Origin: an uncultured Erysipelotrichaceae bacterium | Lineage (GTDB): Bacteria > Bacillota_I > Bacilli_A > Erysipelotrichales > Erysipelotrichaceae | Direction: 5' to 3' | Assembly (NCBI GenBank): GCA_964457525.1 | Contig: CAYWGS010000024.1 | Location: forward strand, 2,005-18,180 | Length of the DNA stretch: 16,176 bases | Shown here: positions 7,106-16,060 of the stretch, piece by piece | How the letters are laid out: every line of letters begins with the position of its first letter | Numbering within the stretch: the first letter of the stretch is position 1 | The notes under the pieces: model-generated | Told to the model about the DNA's origin: nothing | Database searches by the model: none | What the model saw: the letters and a program-made list of their open reading frames with translations, nothing else | Program-made: the position numbers and the translations under genes

Positions 7106-7134
7106 ATCATACCACTATTTCATTATGTAGACAA
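7106..7134 (-). promoter_or_regulatory. candidate sigma-A promoter for ptsI, embedded in the 3' end of the upstream small ORF
   Basis: Minus strand: TTGTCT (7134..7129), 17-nt spacer, then TGG-TATGAT (TG at 7114..7113, -10 at 7111..7106). This is about 50 nt upstream of the ptsI ATG. Sequence-pattern call only. Confidence 0.4.
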
Positions 7135-7466
7135 TGTATAAAGCGTGTCAAAGCGTTCCGTTTAATTCGATAATAACTTGTCTTTGAGAAGTATTCCATC
7201 CACCAATTATTATGTTTTCCATCGATGAACTCCGTTACCAGAATTCGTCTTTCATCCTCATTTAATTGGTCAATACTATACTGAATCGTATAAGCATAAG
7301 CACATTCTAAAGGTAATTTCTTTGCCTGATTATATTCCTTTCGTTTAAGAAAAGATCGATAATACTTGAAATGATATTGAGATAAAATATTAAGTTCTTT
7401 AAATGTATAGTTGTTCATACTCTTCTTTATGTAAGAAAGATAATAAGTCCTAAAAAAAGATTCCAT
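7107..7466 (-). CDS. small basic Tyr-rich protein with sigma-70 region-4 / ArpU-like C-terminal helix-turn-helix (putative DNA-binding regulator)
   Basis: 119-aa ORF. Its ATG shares one base with the ntpD TAA stop (TAATG at 7464..7468). The C-terminal LNEDERRILVTEFIDGKHNNWWMEYFSKTSYYRIKRNALTRFIHCL resembles the region-4 pattern L-x-x-x-E-R-x-I-L...(S/T)-x-x-T-(V/Y)-Y-R-I-K-(K/R)-x-A-L-x-(K/R)-(L/F). No strong SD of its own. Confidence 0.7.
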   Translation of the reverse strand: MESFFRTYYLSYIKKSMNNYTFKELNILSQYHFKYYRSFLKRKEYNQAKKLPLECAYAYTIQYSIDQLNEDERRILVTEFIDGKHNNWWMEYFSKTSYYRIKRNALTRFIHCLHNEIVV

Positions 7467-8089
7467 TATTGAATGGAATCCTGTTTTTGATTTTTAATAA
7501 CTTTTAAGCGAATAAAACCTTCACGTTCTTTTTCTTCAAGTGCTTCAGAAATATACTTGATATCCCCTTCTAAATTAGGAATAACAATATTCTTTAAAGC
7601 ATTCGCACGCTTCTGCGTTTTTTGGATTGCACGAGCTAATCGATAGATTGAAGTATCAACTTCTGCTAATACAACTGTTAGACGTTTAGCAACAATATAC
7701 TTAAGTGTTGCTTCATCGAGACGTGAGTTGGATTCTTCAAAACCATACTCTAGTACAACATCCGTTTCATGCATTGTTACCATTGGGATTTCAACCCCCA
7801 TAACACTGCGATAAACGATATTAATCCCCTCTTCGACAGTAATTGCATTCGCAATCTCATTGACAACTCCGAGGGATATATTAGCTTGTTGGAGGGCTAA
7901 GTACGCTTCTTGATATGCTTCTGTGATGTTTTCATGAAGAAACTTAACTTTATCGACCAGATTCATCATTTCGCGTATTAAAACATTCCGCTTACGGTCC
8001 ATAAGATCATAACCGAGTTTAGCGAGTTCTAATGATTTCTTGCTGGCGATGAGATTTCCCTTCGTTGGGGATGGTCGTAAATTTGCCAT
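7466..8089 (-). CDS. ntpD: V/A-type ATPase subunit D (central rotor stalk)
   Basis: 207 aa. N-terminal LRPSPTKGNLIASKKSLELAKLGYDLMDRKRNVLIREMM matches the subunit D signature (PT+..L...K..L..A..G..LL..KR..L). It sits directly after subunit B. Confidence 0.93.
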   Translation of the reverse strand: MANLRPSPTKGNLIASKKSLELAKLGYDLMDRKRNVLIREMMNLVDKVKFLHENITEAYQEAYLALQQANISLGVVNEIANAITVEEGINIVYRSVMGVEIPMVTMHETDVVLEYGFEESNSRLDEATLKYIVAKRLTVVLAEVDTSIYRLARAIQKTQKRANALKNIVIPNLEGDIKYISEALEEKEREGFIRLKVIKNQKQDSIQ

Positions 8090-8090
8090 T

Positions 8091-9530
8091 CTATGCCTTT
8101 CTTAGAATTTCGTCCAATTTACCTTGTTCAAGAACCATGAAATGAGCAATGGCTTGTTCAGTATCATGATACTGTTCAATGAGATCAGAAGAAATACGAT
8201 CTAATTCTGCTTTAGGTAGAAGTGATAATAACGTCCAACCTAAGTTAAGAGTATCTTCCATACTACGATTGGTATCAAAACCTTGACCAATATAATACTT
8301 CTCAAAATAACGTCCAAAAGACATATACTTGCGGTCTGTTGTGGAAAGTTCTTCTTCCCCAATAACGGAAGCTAGAGCACGAGCATCTTGTACTTTCGCA
8401 TAACATGCGAATAATTGCGTACTTAAGCTTGAGTGATCTTTACGTGTATAGCCTTCACCAATACCATCTTTCATTAAACGACTAAGGGATGGAAGAATAC
8501 CAATTGGTGGATAAATATTTGTTTGATGTAAATTACGATCTAGAACAATTTGCCCTTCTGTAATATAACCCGTTAAGTCAGATACTGGATGCGTAATATC
8601 ATCATTTGGAATCGTTAGAATAGGAATTTGTGTAACAGAACCGAGTTTACCTTCTACAAGACCTGCTCTTTCATATAAAGAAGCTAAGTCAGAATAGAGG
8701 TAACCAGGATAACCTTTACGTCCAGGAATTTCTTCCTTACTACTACTAAATTCACGTAATGCTTCACAATAGGCTGTAACGTCTGTCATGATAACAAGAA
8801 CATGCATATCTTCTTCAAACGCTAGATATTCCGCAACAGTTAAAGCACAACGTGGAGTAAGAATACGTTCAATAATAGGGTCATTGGATAAGTTTAAGAA
8901 CATAACAACCTTTTCCATAACACCTGTTTCTTCAAAACTCTTTTTAAAGAAATTCGCAACGTCATGTTTAACACCCATTGCCGCAAACACAATCGCAAAA
9001 TCTTGTCCATTGCTAGATGCAATATTCGCTTGACGTACGATTTGAACTGCTAGTTGATTGTGTGTCATACCACTACCGGAGAAGATTGGTAATTTTTGGC
9101 CTCGAATTAAGGTATTAAGACCATCAATTGCGGAAATCCCTGTATTGATGTAATCTCTAGGATATTTACGCATAACTGGATTCAATGAACGACCATTGAT
9201 ATCGAGTTTAGTTTTAGCATAAACTTTACCTAAACCATCAATCGCAGTTCCTGATCCATTAAATGTACGACCTAATATTTCCTTGGAAACAGCAATTTCC
9301 ATAGGATGACCTAATAAACGTGTATTGGTGTTGTTTTTGGAAAGTCCAGTTGTTCCTTCAAATACTTGAATAACAGCACGAGAACCTTCAATTTCAACGA
9401 CACGACCAAAACGTGTTGAACCATCATCAAGTTCAATTTCAACCACTTCTTCAAAAGCAACGTTTTGAACATCATCGAGAATAATAAGTGGGCCTTTGAT
9501 TTCTTTCAATCCTTTAAATTGACGACTCAT
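8091..9530 (-). CDS. ntpB: V/A-type ATPase subunit B (non-catalytic nucleotide-binding subunit)
   Basis: 479 aa. [20 protein letters not shown] replaces a true P-loop, as in V-type B subunits. Also [31 protein letters not shown] and [43 protein letters not shown] upstream. Confidence 0.97.
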   Translation of the reverse strand: MSRQFKGLKEIKGPLIILDDVQNVAFEEVVEIELDDGSTRFGRVVEIEGSRAVIQVFEGTTGLSKNNTNTRLLGHPMEIAVSKEILGRTFNGSGTAIDGLGKVYAKTKLDINGRSLNPVMRKYPRDYINTGISAIDGLNTLIRGQKLPIFSGSGMTHNQLAVQIVRQANIASSNGQDFAIVFAAMGVKHDVANFFKKSFEETGVMEKVVMFLNLSNDPIIERILTPRCALTVAEYLAFEEDMHVLVIMTDVTAYCEALREFSSSKEEIPGRKGYPGYLYSDLASLYERAGLVEGKLGSVTQIPILTIPNDDITHPVSDLTGYITEGQIVLDRNLHQTNIYPPIGILPSLSRLMKDGIGEGYTRKDHSSLSTQLFACYAKVQDARALASVIGEEELSTTDRKYMSFGRYFEKYYIGQGFDTNRSMEDTLNLGWTLLSLLPKAELDRISSDLIEQYHDTEQAIAHFMVLEQGKLDEILRKA

Positions 9531-9540
9531 TTTACCCTCC

Positions 9541-11292
9541 TTACTGAATGCTAGCCATAGCTAGATCAATTCTTTCATAATAACTATCTAAACGATGTAA
9601 CTCATTGTTCGGTACATCGTATTTAATCTTAATAATATCTTCAAAAATTCCTGTTTCAACAATCGAACGAACCGTTCGTTGAGTACTAATAACTTGAGAT
9701 GCTTGATTCTTCAAGTGAGCAATCAACTGTAACATCTTCAATTGTTTTTCATATGGAACATAAGTATCTTCTGGATGGAACGCATTTTGTTGTAAGAAAC
9801 CAACGCGAATAACACGTGCAATTTCTAAACTTAGCTTTTGGTCTTCAGGCAACACATCCGAACCAATGAGTTTAACAATTTCCATTAATTGGGTTTCTTC
9901 ATGCAAGATGTTCATCATTTCATTTCTTAATACTAAGAATTTACGATCAACATTTACATCAAACCAACGTTTTAGATCATCTAAATACTCACTATAACTT
10001 AGATTCCAGTTAATCGCTGGGAAGTGTCTCGCATACGCAAGATTCTTATCGAGTGCCCAGAAAGAACGAACGAAACGTTTTGTGTTTTGTGTAACTGGTT
10101 CAGAGAAGTCAGCACCTTGAGGTGAAACAGCTCCAATAACAGTAACTGAACCTTCATGTTTAGATAAAGTATCAACATAACCCGCACGTTCATAGAATTG
10201 TGCAATACGAGAAGGTAAATAAGCTGGGAACCCTTCTTCAGCAGGCATTTCTTCTAGACGTCCAGATATTTCACGAAGTGCTTCTGCCCAACGAGATGTA
10301 CTATCTGCCATTAATGCAACATGATATCCCATATCACGGTAATATTCCGCAATAGTAATACCGGTATAAATGCTTGCTTCACGAGCCGCAACTGGCATAT
10401 TCGATGTATTCGCAATAAGAACTGTACGGTCCGTTAAAGGTTTATGTGATTTAGGGTCCAATAATTCTTTGAACTCATGTAATACTTGAGTCATTTCATT
10501 ACCACGTTCACCACAACCAACATAAACGATAATATCCGCATCACACCATTTTGCAAGTTGGTGTTGAGTCATTGTCTTACCCGCACCGAATCCACCAGGA
10601 ATCGCAGCTGCACCACCCTTCGCAATTGGGAAGAGGGTATCGATAACACGTTGACCAGTAATTAGTGGCATTGTGATTGGTTTACGATCTAACACAGGAC
10701 GTGGAGAACGAATTGGCCATTCTTGAACCATTGTTAATGGTTGTTTCTTGCCATGCTCATCTAATACAACTAATAAAGTTTCTTTTATGTTATAAGAACC
10801 ATTTGGTTTAATTTCAACAACTTTACCATTAACTCCAATTGGAACTAAGAAACGATGTTCAATAAGAGATGTTTCTGGGCAAGTCGCAAAAATTTGGCCT
10901 TCTTTTACTTCATCATTTAAATTTACTTTAAATGTGACATCCCATACTCGTTCTTCACTTAATGCATTAATTCCTTTGCCTTCACTAACATACATCCCGC
11001 TTAATTGAGCCATATCTTTGAGTGGTCTTTGAATACCATCAAAAATATTATCCAAAATACCAGGACCTAAGCTAGCGCATAAAGGTGCACCTGAATGGTA
11101 TACGAGTTCATTAACACGTAAACCTGTAGTACTTTCATAAACTTGTATTGTAGTGAAATGATCATCAATACCGATTACTTCACCTAATAATTTCTTTTCG
11201 CCGACATAGACCATTTCGAGCATTTTAAACTTACTGTAATCTTTAACTCGAACAACCGGTCCATTGATTGAATAAATATGTGCCTTTTCCAT
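9541..11292 (-). CDS. ntpA: V/A-type ATPase subunit A (catalytic subunit)
   Basis: 583 aa. Walker [19 protein letters not shown], Walker B region [46 protein letters not shown] and [22 protein letters not shown]. The length includes the V-type-specific insertion in the N-terminal third. SD TAGGAGG upstream. Confidence 0.98.
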   Translation of the reverse strand: MEKAHIYSINGPVVRVKDYSKFKMLEMVYVGEKKLLGEVIGIDDHFTTIQVYESTTGLRVNELVYHSGAPLCASLGPGILDNIFDGIQRPLKDMAQLSGMYVSEGKGINALSEERVWDVTFKVNLNDEVKEGQIFATCPETSLIEHRFLVPIGVNGKVVEIKPNGSYNIKETLLVVLDEHGKKQPLTMVQEWPIRSPRPVLDRKPITMPLITGQRVIDTLFPIAKGGAAAIPGGFGAGKTMTQHQLAKWCDADIIVYVGCGERGNEMTQVLHEFKELLDPKSHKPLTDRTVLIANTSNMPVAAREASIYTGITIAEYYRDMGYHVALMADSTSRWAEALREISGRLEEMPAEEGFPAYLPSRIAQFYERAGYVDTLSKHEGSVTVIGAVSPQGADFSEPVTQNTKRFVRSFWALDKNLAYARHFPAINWNLSYSEYLDDLKRWFDVNVDRKFLVLRNEMMNILHEETQLMEIVKLIGSDVLPEDQKLSLEIARVIRVGFLQQNAFHPEDTYVPYEKQLKMLQLIAHLKNQASQVISTQRTVRSIVETGIFEDIIKIKYDVPNNELHRLDSYYERIDLAMASIQ

Positions 11293-11300
11293 AATGCCTC

Positions 11301-11882
11301 CTAAAAATGCAATTCAGAATGAGCAAAGAACCATTCTTTTTGAACTTTAAGCTGATGGTCAAGGGTCATTTCAATGGCCATTTTACCATTCGATTCTTGT
11401 AAGATAAATCCACCGACTTCAATTGTATTTGAACACTCAACTTTAAGACTAGGATTTGACTTAAATGCATCTTTAAAGTATGCACAATCATCTTCCTTAA
11501 CAAAAAGTAATGCTTCACCTAAGTTTTCTGTTTCAAGTGTTTTCGTGATTAATTGAACGAATCTGGATTTATATTCTTCAGTTTTACTGTAGTCTAATAA
11601 TTTATGACGTAATTGGTTGAATAATCCTTCCACAAGTTCATCACGACGAATGAATAAGTTCTTCTTAACTTTCCATTTCGATTGCGTTTCACTTTGTCGA
11701 ACACTATTCTTTAATTCTGCTAATTCTTGTTCGATATATGGATTGCTTTCTTCTACAGCTTCTTGATTATAATGATGAATCGTTGACTCCCTTTGCGCAT
11801 GAAAATTTTCTTCAAGAGTACGTAGTTGTTCCTGAGTTCTAATTTCAATATCGTTGATTAATTTTAGTGCTAATTTTTCCAT
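11301..11882 (-). CDS. ntpE: V/A-type ATPase subunit E (peripheral stalk)
   Basis: Long N-terminal charged coiled coil followed by a C-terminal globular part, in the operon position before A. The ORF-track start (11894) is a TTG overlapping the F-subunit stop. The in-frame ATG at 11882..11880 is preceded by GAGGGTGA (SD), so 193 aa starting MEKLALKLINDIE is preferred. Confidence 0.85.
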   Translation of the reverse strand: MEKLALKLINDIEIRTQEQLRTLEENFHAQRESTIHHYNQEAVEESNPYIEQELAELKNSVRQSETQSKWKVKKNLFIRRDELVEGLFNQLRHKLLDYSKTEEYKSRFVQLITKTLETENLGEALLFVKEDDCAYFKDAFKSNPSLKVECSNTIEVGGFILQESNGKMAIEMTLDHQLKVQKEWFFAHSELHF

Positions 11883-11890
11883 AATCACCC

Positions 11891-12199
11891 TCAAAGTTTA
11901 ATTCCGATTGCTTCGGAGATATACGCATCAATGGTTTCACCAATCTTGGCAGAACCATGACGATCTGGTATTTCCACAATCAAAGGACGTCTTAATTTTA
12001 ACTTCATATCAGCTATAACTTCAGGACAAGTCTGTATACACAGAGTCGTAATTAAAATAATTGCGACACTTTCGTCTTCAATTACTTTATACAGTTCTGT
12101 TAGAACTTCATCACGTGTATGCGCTATAACACCTTGAATGCCGGCTAAACGCATACCCATTAAGGTATCATTGTTATCGCTGATTAAAAAGAATTTCAT
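11891..12199 (-). CDS. V/A-type ATPase subunit F
   Basis: 102 aa. MKFFLISDNNDTLMGMRLAGIQGV...VAIILITTLC...PLIVEIPDRHGS matches the subunit F pattern (I-x-D-x-D-T-x-x-G-(F/M)-R-L-A-G-I ... I-I-L-I-T ... P-x-I-V-E-I-P). SD AAGAGGAA upstream. Confidence 0.9.
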   Translation of the reverse strand: MKFFLISDNNDTLMGMRLAGIQGVIAHTRDEVLTELYKVIEDESVAIILITTLCIQTCPEVIADMKLKLRRPLIVEIPDRHGSAKIGETIDAYISEAIGIKL

Positions 12200-12207
12200 A
12201 GTTCCTC

Positions 12208-12657
12208 TTATAATTTATTGATAATCAAGATTGAGATTAATAATCCATAAATCGCAACCCCTTCAGCTAGAGCAACGAAGATCATTGCCTTACCAAAGTT
12301 ATCAGTATTTTCACTGATAGCACCGATCGCAGCAGGAGCAGCAGCAGCAACCGCAAAACCAGCTCCTAGAGCAGATGCAGATGTTGTAACAGCAGCAGCG
12401 ATAAAGCCTAAACCTTGTGCCATACTACCAGCAAAACCATTTGATGTTGTTGCTACAGCTTCAGAAGCTTGTGCCATAACACCGTTGATTTGGAATACTA
12501 AAACAAGAATAAATGTAGCAGCGAATAAACTAATTTGTGTTAATACACGGAACTTAGCATTCTTAGCTGTTACTTTACCACTCATAATTGGAATAATCGG
12601 TAAAGATATTAATCCAATAACCACTAATGGTCCAAAAACTTCAAGCATCGTTAACAT
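12208..12657 (-). CDS. ntpK: V/A-type ATPase proteolipid subunit K (c-ring), atypical N-terminal half
   Basis: 149 aa. Residues about 75-149 form one Gly/Ala-rich c-subunit hairpin (GLGFIAAAVTTSASALGAGFAVAAAAPAAIGAISENTDNFGKAMIFVALAEGVAIYGLLISIL) with the carboxylate at E132. The N-terminal 60 residues are two hydrophobic helices without the G/A-rich pattern. Strong SD AGAGGAGGAAA. Confidence 0.9.
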   Translation of the reverse strand: MLTMLEVFGPLVVIGLISLPIIPIMSGKVTAKNAKFRVLTQISLFAATFILVLVFQINGVMAQASEAVATTSNGFAGSMAQGLGFIAAAVTTSASALGAGFAVAAAAPAAIGAISENTDNFGKAMIFVALAEGVAIYGLLISILIINKL

Positions 12658-12672
12658 AACAATTTCCTCCTC

Positions 12673-14505
12673 TTACTGGTTTAATAGAGTGGTCGGGATA
12701 TATTTCTTACCGCCACCTTCGAAGTAACGACTAAACATTTCATAATACTGTAAACGTAATGTTTGAATACCAACAATTAAGCCTTCTAATGCCATAACGA
12801 AGATATTACCAATAATCAAGACTAATAAGCCAGCACTTCCAGTCATTTCTTTTAATGTCATAACAACGACCATCATACCGGCATGACTTAATACGAATCC
12901 ACCTACACGGAGGAATGACATCGTATTCGTCACGAAACTTAAGACAATTTCTAAGAGTTCAAAGATACTCTCTACTAAGTAACCACCCCAACCTTCATGC
13001 GGAGTGATTGTCACTTTGTGAATTAAGTTCTTAAGCGGAACATGCATTAATATAACTAACAATGGAACAATAATGAATGCTCCAATTGTAAACTTGTTCG
13101 CAAGTGGAATCCCAAGCAACATTTGTCCAGCTGCCATGCCAATTGCAGAACCATAGAAGATAAATCCAGCTAAGCCGTTTTGACTAAATAAAGCAGTTGC
13201 CCAATCCTTTTTCTTGATTCGAGTAATAATATTCAAGAAGATAGATACAAGAATTAAGGTAGCTCCTAAAGCAACAGCTGATAATAGTAAGGTCATCGTA
13301 AATCCAGGATCCATAACATGGAATGGTTTACCAGGCAATCCAAGAATGTCAGTAAATAATGGTGTTAGAATTTCTTCATCACCGAAGAATGAACCAAACA
13401 GAGTTCCAAAGAACATTGAGAAGAGTCCAATACGTACCGCGACTGCCGCAAGTGACATTTTCTTCCACTTCCAGAGTGCATATCCACCAATGACTAAGAC
13501 TAAGCCTTGTCCTAAATCACCAAACATAATACCGAATAATAAGCTATATGTGATTCCTACATAGAAGGTTGGATCGAAATCACCGTAATGTGGTAATCCA
13601 TACATTTCAATGAACAATTCAAATGGTTTTGCGAACCAGTTATTTCTCAATACAGTAGGTGGTTCTAAACCTTCTTCCGATTCAGCTGGGAAGTCTTGAA
13701 TCACGACATCAGTTAAATCACCGAATAGTGTTTTATAGGCTTTACAGACTCGTTTAGGAACAAACCCTGTTATAACTACTTCATTTTCAAACACAGCCAT
13801 GTATTTGTAATACTTCGCTAATTCTGCGTAGTGTTTAACATAACCATAAATCTTACCTAGTGTAGATTCACAATCAATTGTAAATTGAACTTCATCAATC
13901 TTTGGTATTGCGATTGGTTCAAAGTAGAGTGATTCTAAGATGTTATTAACTTCTTTTTGTTTGTCTAGTAACGCAACGACTAAGACCCATGCATATTGAT
14001 TATTCTTAGTCATCGAATGAAGTACGAAACTCTTTTCATCATGTAACATGATTTTTGGAATACTACTCAAAGGAAGTCTTCCAAACGTTACATAAGTATA
14101 TTTCAGTTCATTCAACGCTGTAATATCATAAGTACTTAAGATTTCAATGGCTTCTTTATCTTCAGCAGTTAAGTTTGATTGATTCATGAGTTGTTCATTA
14201 ATCTTTTCAAACTTCGATTCAGCTTCTAATAAATGCATTTCAATTTCATCCGTCGTAAACTTTGTAACACCATCAAAAGCACACATGATTTGCGTGTTCA
14301 AACTACGAGCCATACTTTCAATACGTTTTAAAAATTCCGCAAACGTATTATCTTCAGGTAAGAGTTGACCACCATTGCCTTCATTAACAACATGACTCGC
14401 TAGTTCTGCATGTAAATCATTGGTCGCAAATGCAGTTAACAATATTTTTTCGATGTTTTCTTTAGACCCTGCCATCCGCAGTAGACGCATTTTCTCAATC
14501 GCCAT
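12673..14505 (-). CDS. ntpI: V/A-type ATPase subunit I (a-subunit, stator/ion channel)
   Basis: 610 aa: a soluble N-terminal half starting MAIEKMRLLRMAGSK, then a polytopic C-terminal half containing SFLRVGGFVLSHAG, which holds the conserved essential Arg of a/I subunits. SD AGGAGGA upstream. Confidence 0.95.
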   Translation of the reverse strand: MAIEKMRLLRMAGSKENIEKILLTAFATNDLHAELASHVVNEGNGGQLLPEDNTFAEFLKRIESMARSLNTQIMCAFDGVTKFTTDEIEMHLLEAESKFEKINEQLMNQSNLTAEDKEAIEILSTYDITALNELKYTYVTFGRLPLSSIPKIMLHDEKSFVLHSMTKNNQYAWVLVVALLDKQKEVNNILESLYFEPIAIPKIDEVQFTIDCESTLGKIYGYVKHYAELAKYYKYMAVFENEVVITGFVPKRVCKAYKTLFGDLTDVVIQDFPAESEEGLEPPTVLRNNWFAKPFELFIEMYGLPHYGDFDPTFYVGITYSLLFGIMFGDLGQGLVLVIGGYALWKWKKMSLAAVAVRIGLFSMFFGTLFGSFFGDEEILTPLFTDILGLPGKPFHVMDPGFTMTLLLSAVALGATLILVSIFLNIITRIKKKDWATALFSQNGLAGFIFYGSAIGMAAGQMLLGIPLANKFTIGAFIIVPLLVILMHVPLKNLIHKVTITPHEGWGGYLVESIFELLEIVLSFVTNTMSFLRVGGFVLSHAGMMVVVMTLKEMTGSAGLLVLIIGNIFVMALEGLIVGIQTLRLQYYEMFSRYFEGGGKKYIPTTLLNQ

Positions 14506-14514
14506 TGGATCCTC

Positions 14515-15552
14515 CTAATATATCAAGAGCTTCGCAATCTTATCGTTTTCCACCTTGTAGCGAATGCCTTCGATGATATCGATAATATTACGTATTTCTA
14601 TATCTAATAAACTTAAGTATGAAACAAGAATAATATTTGGATTCGTAGAGAATCGCATTAATCGTTTATTTAAATCAAACATAATCGCATCTGTTTGATA
14701 TTCAATATACTGAAATTCTTTGGCATCCGTTGGGATGTCATAGGCATTCTTGTTTACAGCATGCAAGAACGCTTGAGCATCTAATGTATCGATCCATTCA
14801 TCTAAATCGTTCTTACTAATACGCTTGTATGTAGGATTTAGAACTTTTTTAATTTCAGATGGACTTGCGTTATAGTATTTCTTTAAACGATAGATCTTTG
14901 TAATATTTTCAAGTTCAATTTGTGTATCAAATAAATCTCGAATGTCTTTCTTATCTTTACCTGTAAACTCTTGTTCGATAATTTCATATACGCGTTTATA
15001 ATAATACGCTTTTAACACGATTTCAAAGTTCGCATAATCAATATCAAGAACTGAACGAGGTTTTAATGGTTTTAAGATTGAATAGTATGGTGTGTTCTTT
15101 AAAACACTTAATAACTCATCAAAGGTATTTACTTTAATAAGTTCTTCAACATCAAAAGAAATCATCCGATTCGCAAAGATAGGAAGTTGCGCAATCTGAT
15201 TGGTCTTATCCGTTTCACTTAGTAAACGAATGGACATCAAGATTTGCTTAATCTCTATCATAAGAACACCATATTCGTAGAAATGGTCTTTTTTAGATTG
15301 ACCATATCGAATCAACTCAAGGAAATCTAAATAAAAGGTTTGACGAATGAGCATTTCTAAATGCCCACGATGAATCGAGAATTCATTAATCCCTTTTAAT
15401 ACGGATTTGAAGGCTGTTTCATTCTTCAAATATCCTGCAATCTCTTGAACTGTTTTCTTCCGCAGTAGTTCTGTGTAATCGTCTGATTTTAAATGTTTAC
15501 CATACATGGCCTTTGCTTTTGCGGCCATTGCTAAACTTGATTGATCGCTCAT
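14515..15552 (-). CDS. ntpC: V/A-type ATPase subunit C (V0 d-type, rotor socket)
   Basis: 345-aa all-helical soluble protein. N-terminal AKAKAMYGKHLKSDDYTELLRKKTVQEIAGYLKNETAFKSVL fits the NtpC/d family pattern, as do the size and operon context. Its ATG overlaps the upstream TAA (TAATG). Confidence 0.88.
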   Translation of the reverse strand: MSDQSSLAMAAKAKAMYGKHLKSDDYTELLRKKTVQEIAGYLKNETAFKSVLKGINEFSIHRGHLEMLIRQTFYLDFLELIRYGQSKKDHFYEYGVLMIEIKQILMSIRLLSETDKTNQIAQLPIFANRMISFDVEELIKVNTFDELLSVLKNTPYYSILKPLKPRSVLDIDYANFEIVLKAYYYKRVYEIIEQEFTGKDKKDIRDLFDTQIELENITKIYRLKKYYNASPSEIKKVLNPTYKRISKNDLDEWIDTLDAQAFLHAVNKNAYDIPTDAKEFQYIEYQTDAIMFDLNKRLMRFSTNPNIILVSYLSLLDIEIRNIIDIIEGIRYKVENDKIAKLLIY

Positions 15553-15872
15553 TACTCCGCCTCAAAATTAATCGAACGTTCAAATAATTCAGCTAGCCAT
15601 TTTTCTTGATTCGTTTTAAATTGTGATTCAAGTTCTTTTAAACTAGCGTCATACTTTGCTTGGCCTTCTTGTTCTGTTAAAGCAAGTTGATCAAGTAATT
15701 TCTTACGTTCATCCTCTACAAATTGTCTTGCTCGGTCAAAGACTTCCTTGTTAATGGAATCTTTGTCTTTAACCATCGAAAGTAAAGCATTTTGGATTTT
15801 ATCTTCTGCTTCTTTTACTTTTTTCTGTGCTTCTAAGTCAGCTTTAATAATTGCTTTAATTTTTTCTTCCAA
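15552..15872 (-). CDS. V/A-type ATPase peripheral-stalk subunit, G/H-like coiled-coil protein
   Basis: About 106-109 aa, almost entirely charged heptad-like sequence (EEKIKAIIKADLEAQKKVKEAEDKIQ...), and the first gene of the operon, as G/H (E. hirae NtpF-type) subunits are. The ORF-track GTG start (15881) is itself part of the SD GGGAGGTG. The in-frame TTG at 15872..15870, 8 nt after GGAGG, is the more likely start. Assignment rests on size, composition and context. Confidence 0.7.
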   Translation of the reverse strand: MEEKIKAIIKADLEAQKKVKEAEDKIQNALLSMVKDKDSINKEVFDRARQFVEDERKKLLDQLALTEQEGQAKYDASLKELESQFKTNQEKWLAELFERSINFEAE

Positions 15873-15898
15873 AATGGGCACCTCCCAAACATTTATTT

Positions 15899-15927
15899 AG
15901 TATACGCCTAGTTTATATGAATATCAA
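15899..15927 (-). promoter_or_regulatory. sigma-A-type promoter of the V-ATPase operon
   Basis: Minus strand: TTGATA (15927..15922), exactly 17 nt, TATACT (15904..15899). The SD GGGAGG begins about 12 nt after the -10, implying a very short leader. Confidence 0.6.
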
Positions 15928-15960
15928 CACTTACTTGTGAAATGTTGTCGCATTTAGATT

Positions 15961-16049
15961 TGGCGGAGGAAGCAGGATTTGAACCCGCGCGAGCTTGCAC
16001 TCCTATCGGTTTTCGAAACCGACCCCTTCAACCACTTGGGTATTCCTCC
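15961..16049 (-). tRNA. tRNA-Ser (anticodon CGA), class II with long variable arm, CCA encoded
   Basis: Reverse complement folds by hand as acceptor GGAGGAA/TTCCTCC, D arm CCC-AAGTGGTTGAA-GGG, anticodon stem TCGGT/ACCGA with loop TT-CGA-AA, a 17-nt variable arm, T arm GCGGG-TTCAAAT-CCTGC, discriminator G and CCA. 89 nt. Confidence 0.93.
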
Positions 16050-16060
16050 AGCGCCTAATC

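Noticed and set aside
7102-7107. Perfect TATAAT hexamer on the plus strand in the ptsI upstream region
   Set aside because: No -35 at acceptable spacing (TTCAAA is 22 nt away), and it would only drive antisense transcription into the small ORF. The same bases read on the minus strand fit a TTGTCT-17-TGGTATGAT promoter for ptsI.
7466-16049. V-ATPase operon as a tRNA-Ser-targeted genomic island or mobile element
   Set aside because: There is no integrase, recombinase or transposase ORF and no visible repeat of the tRNA 3' end. The composition looks like the flanks by eye.
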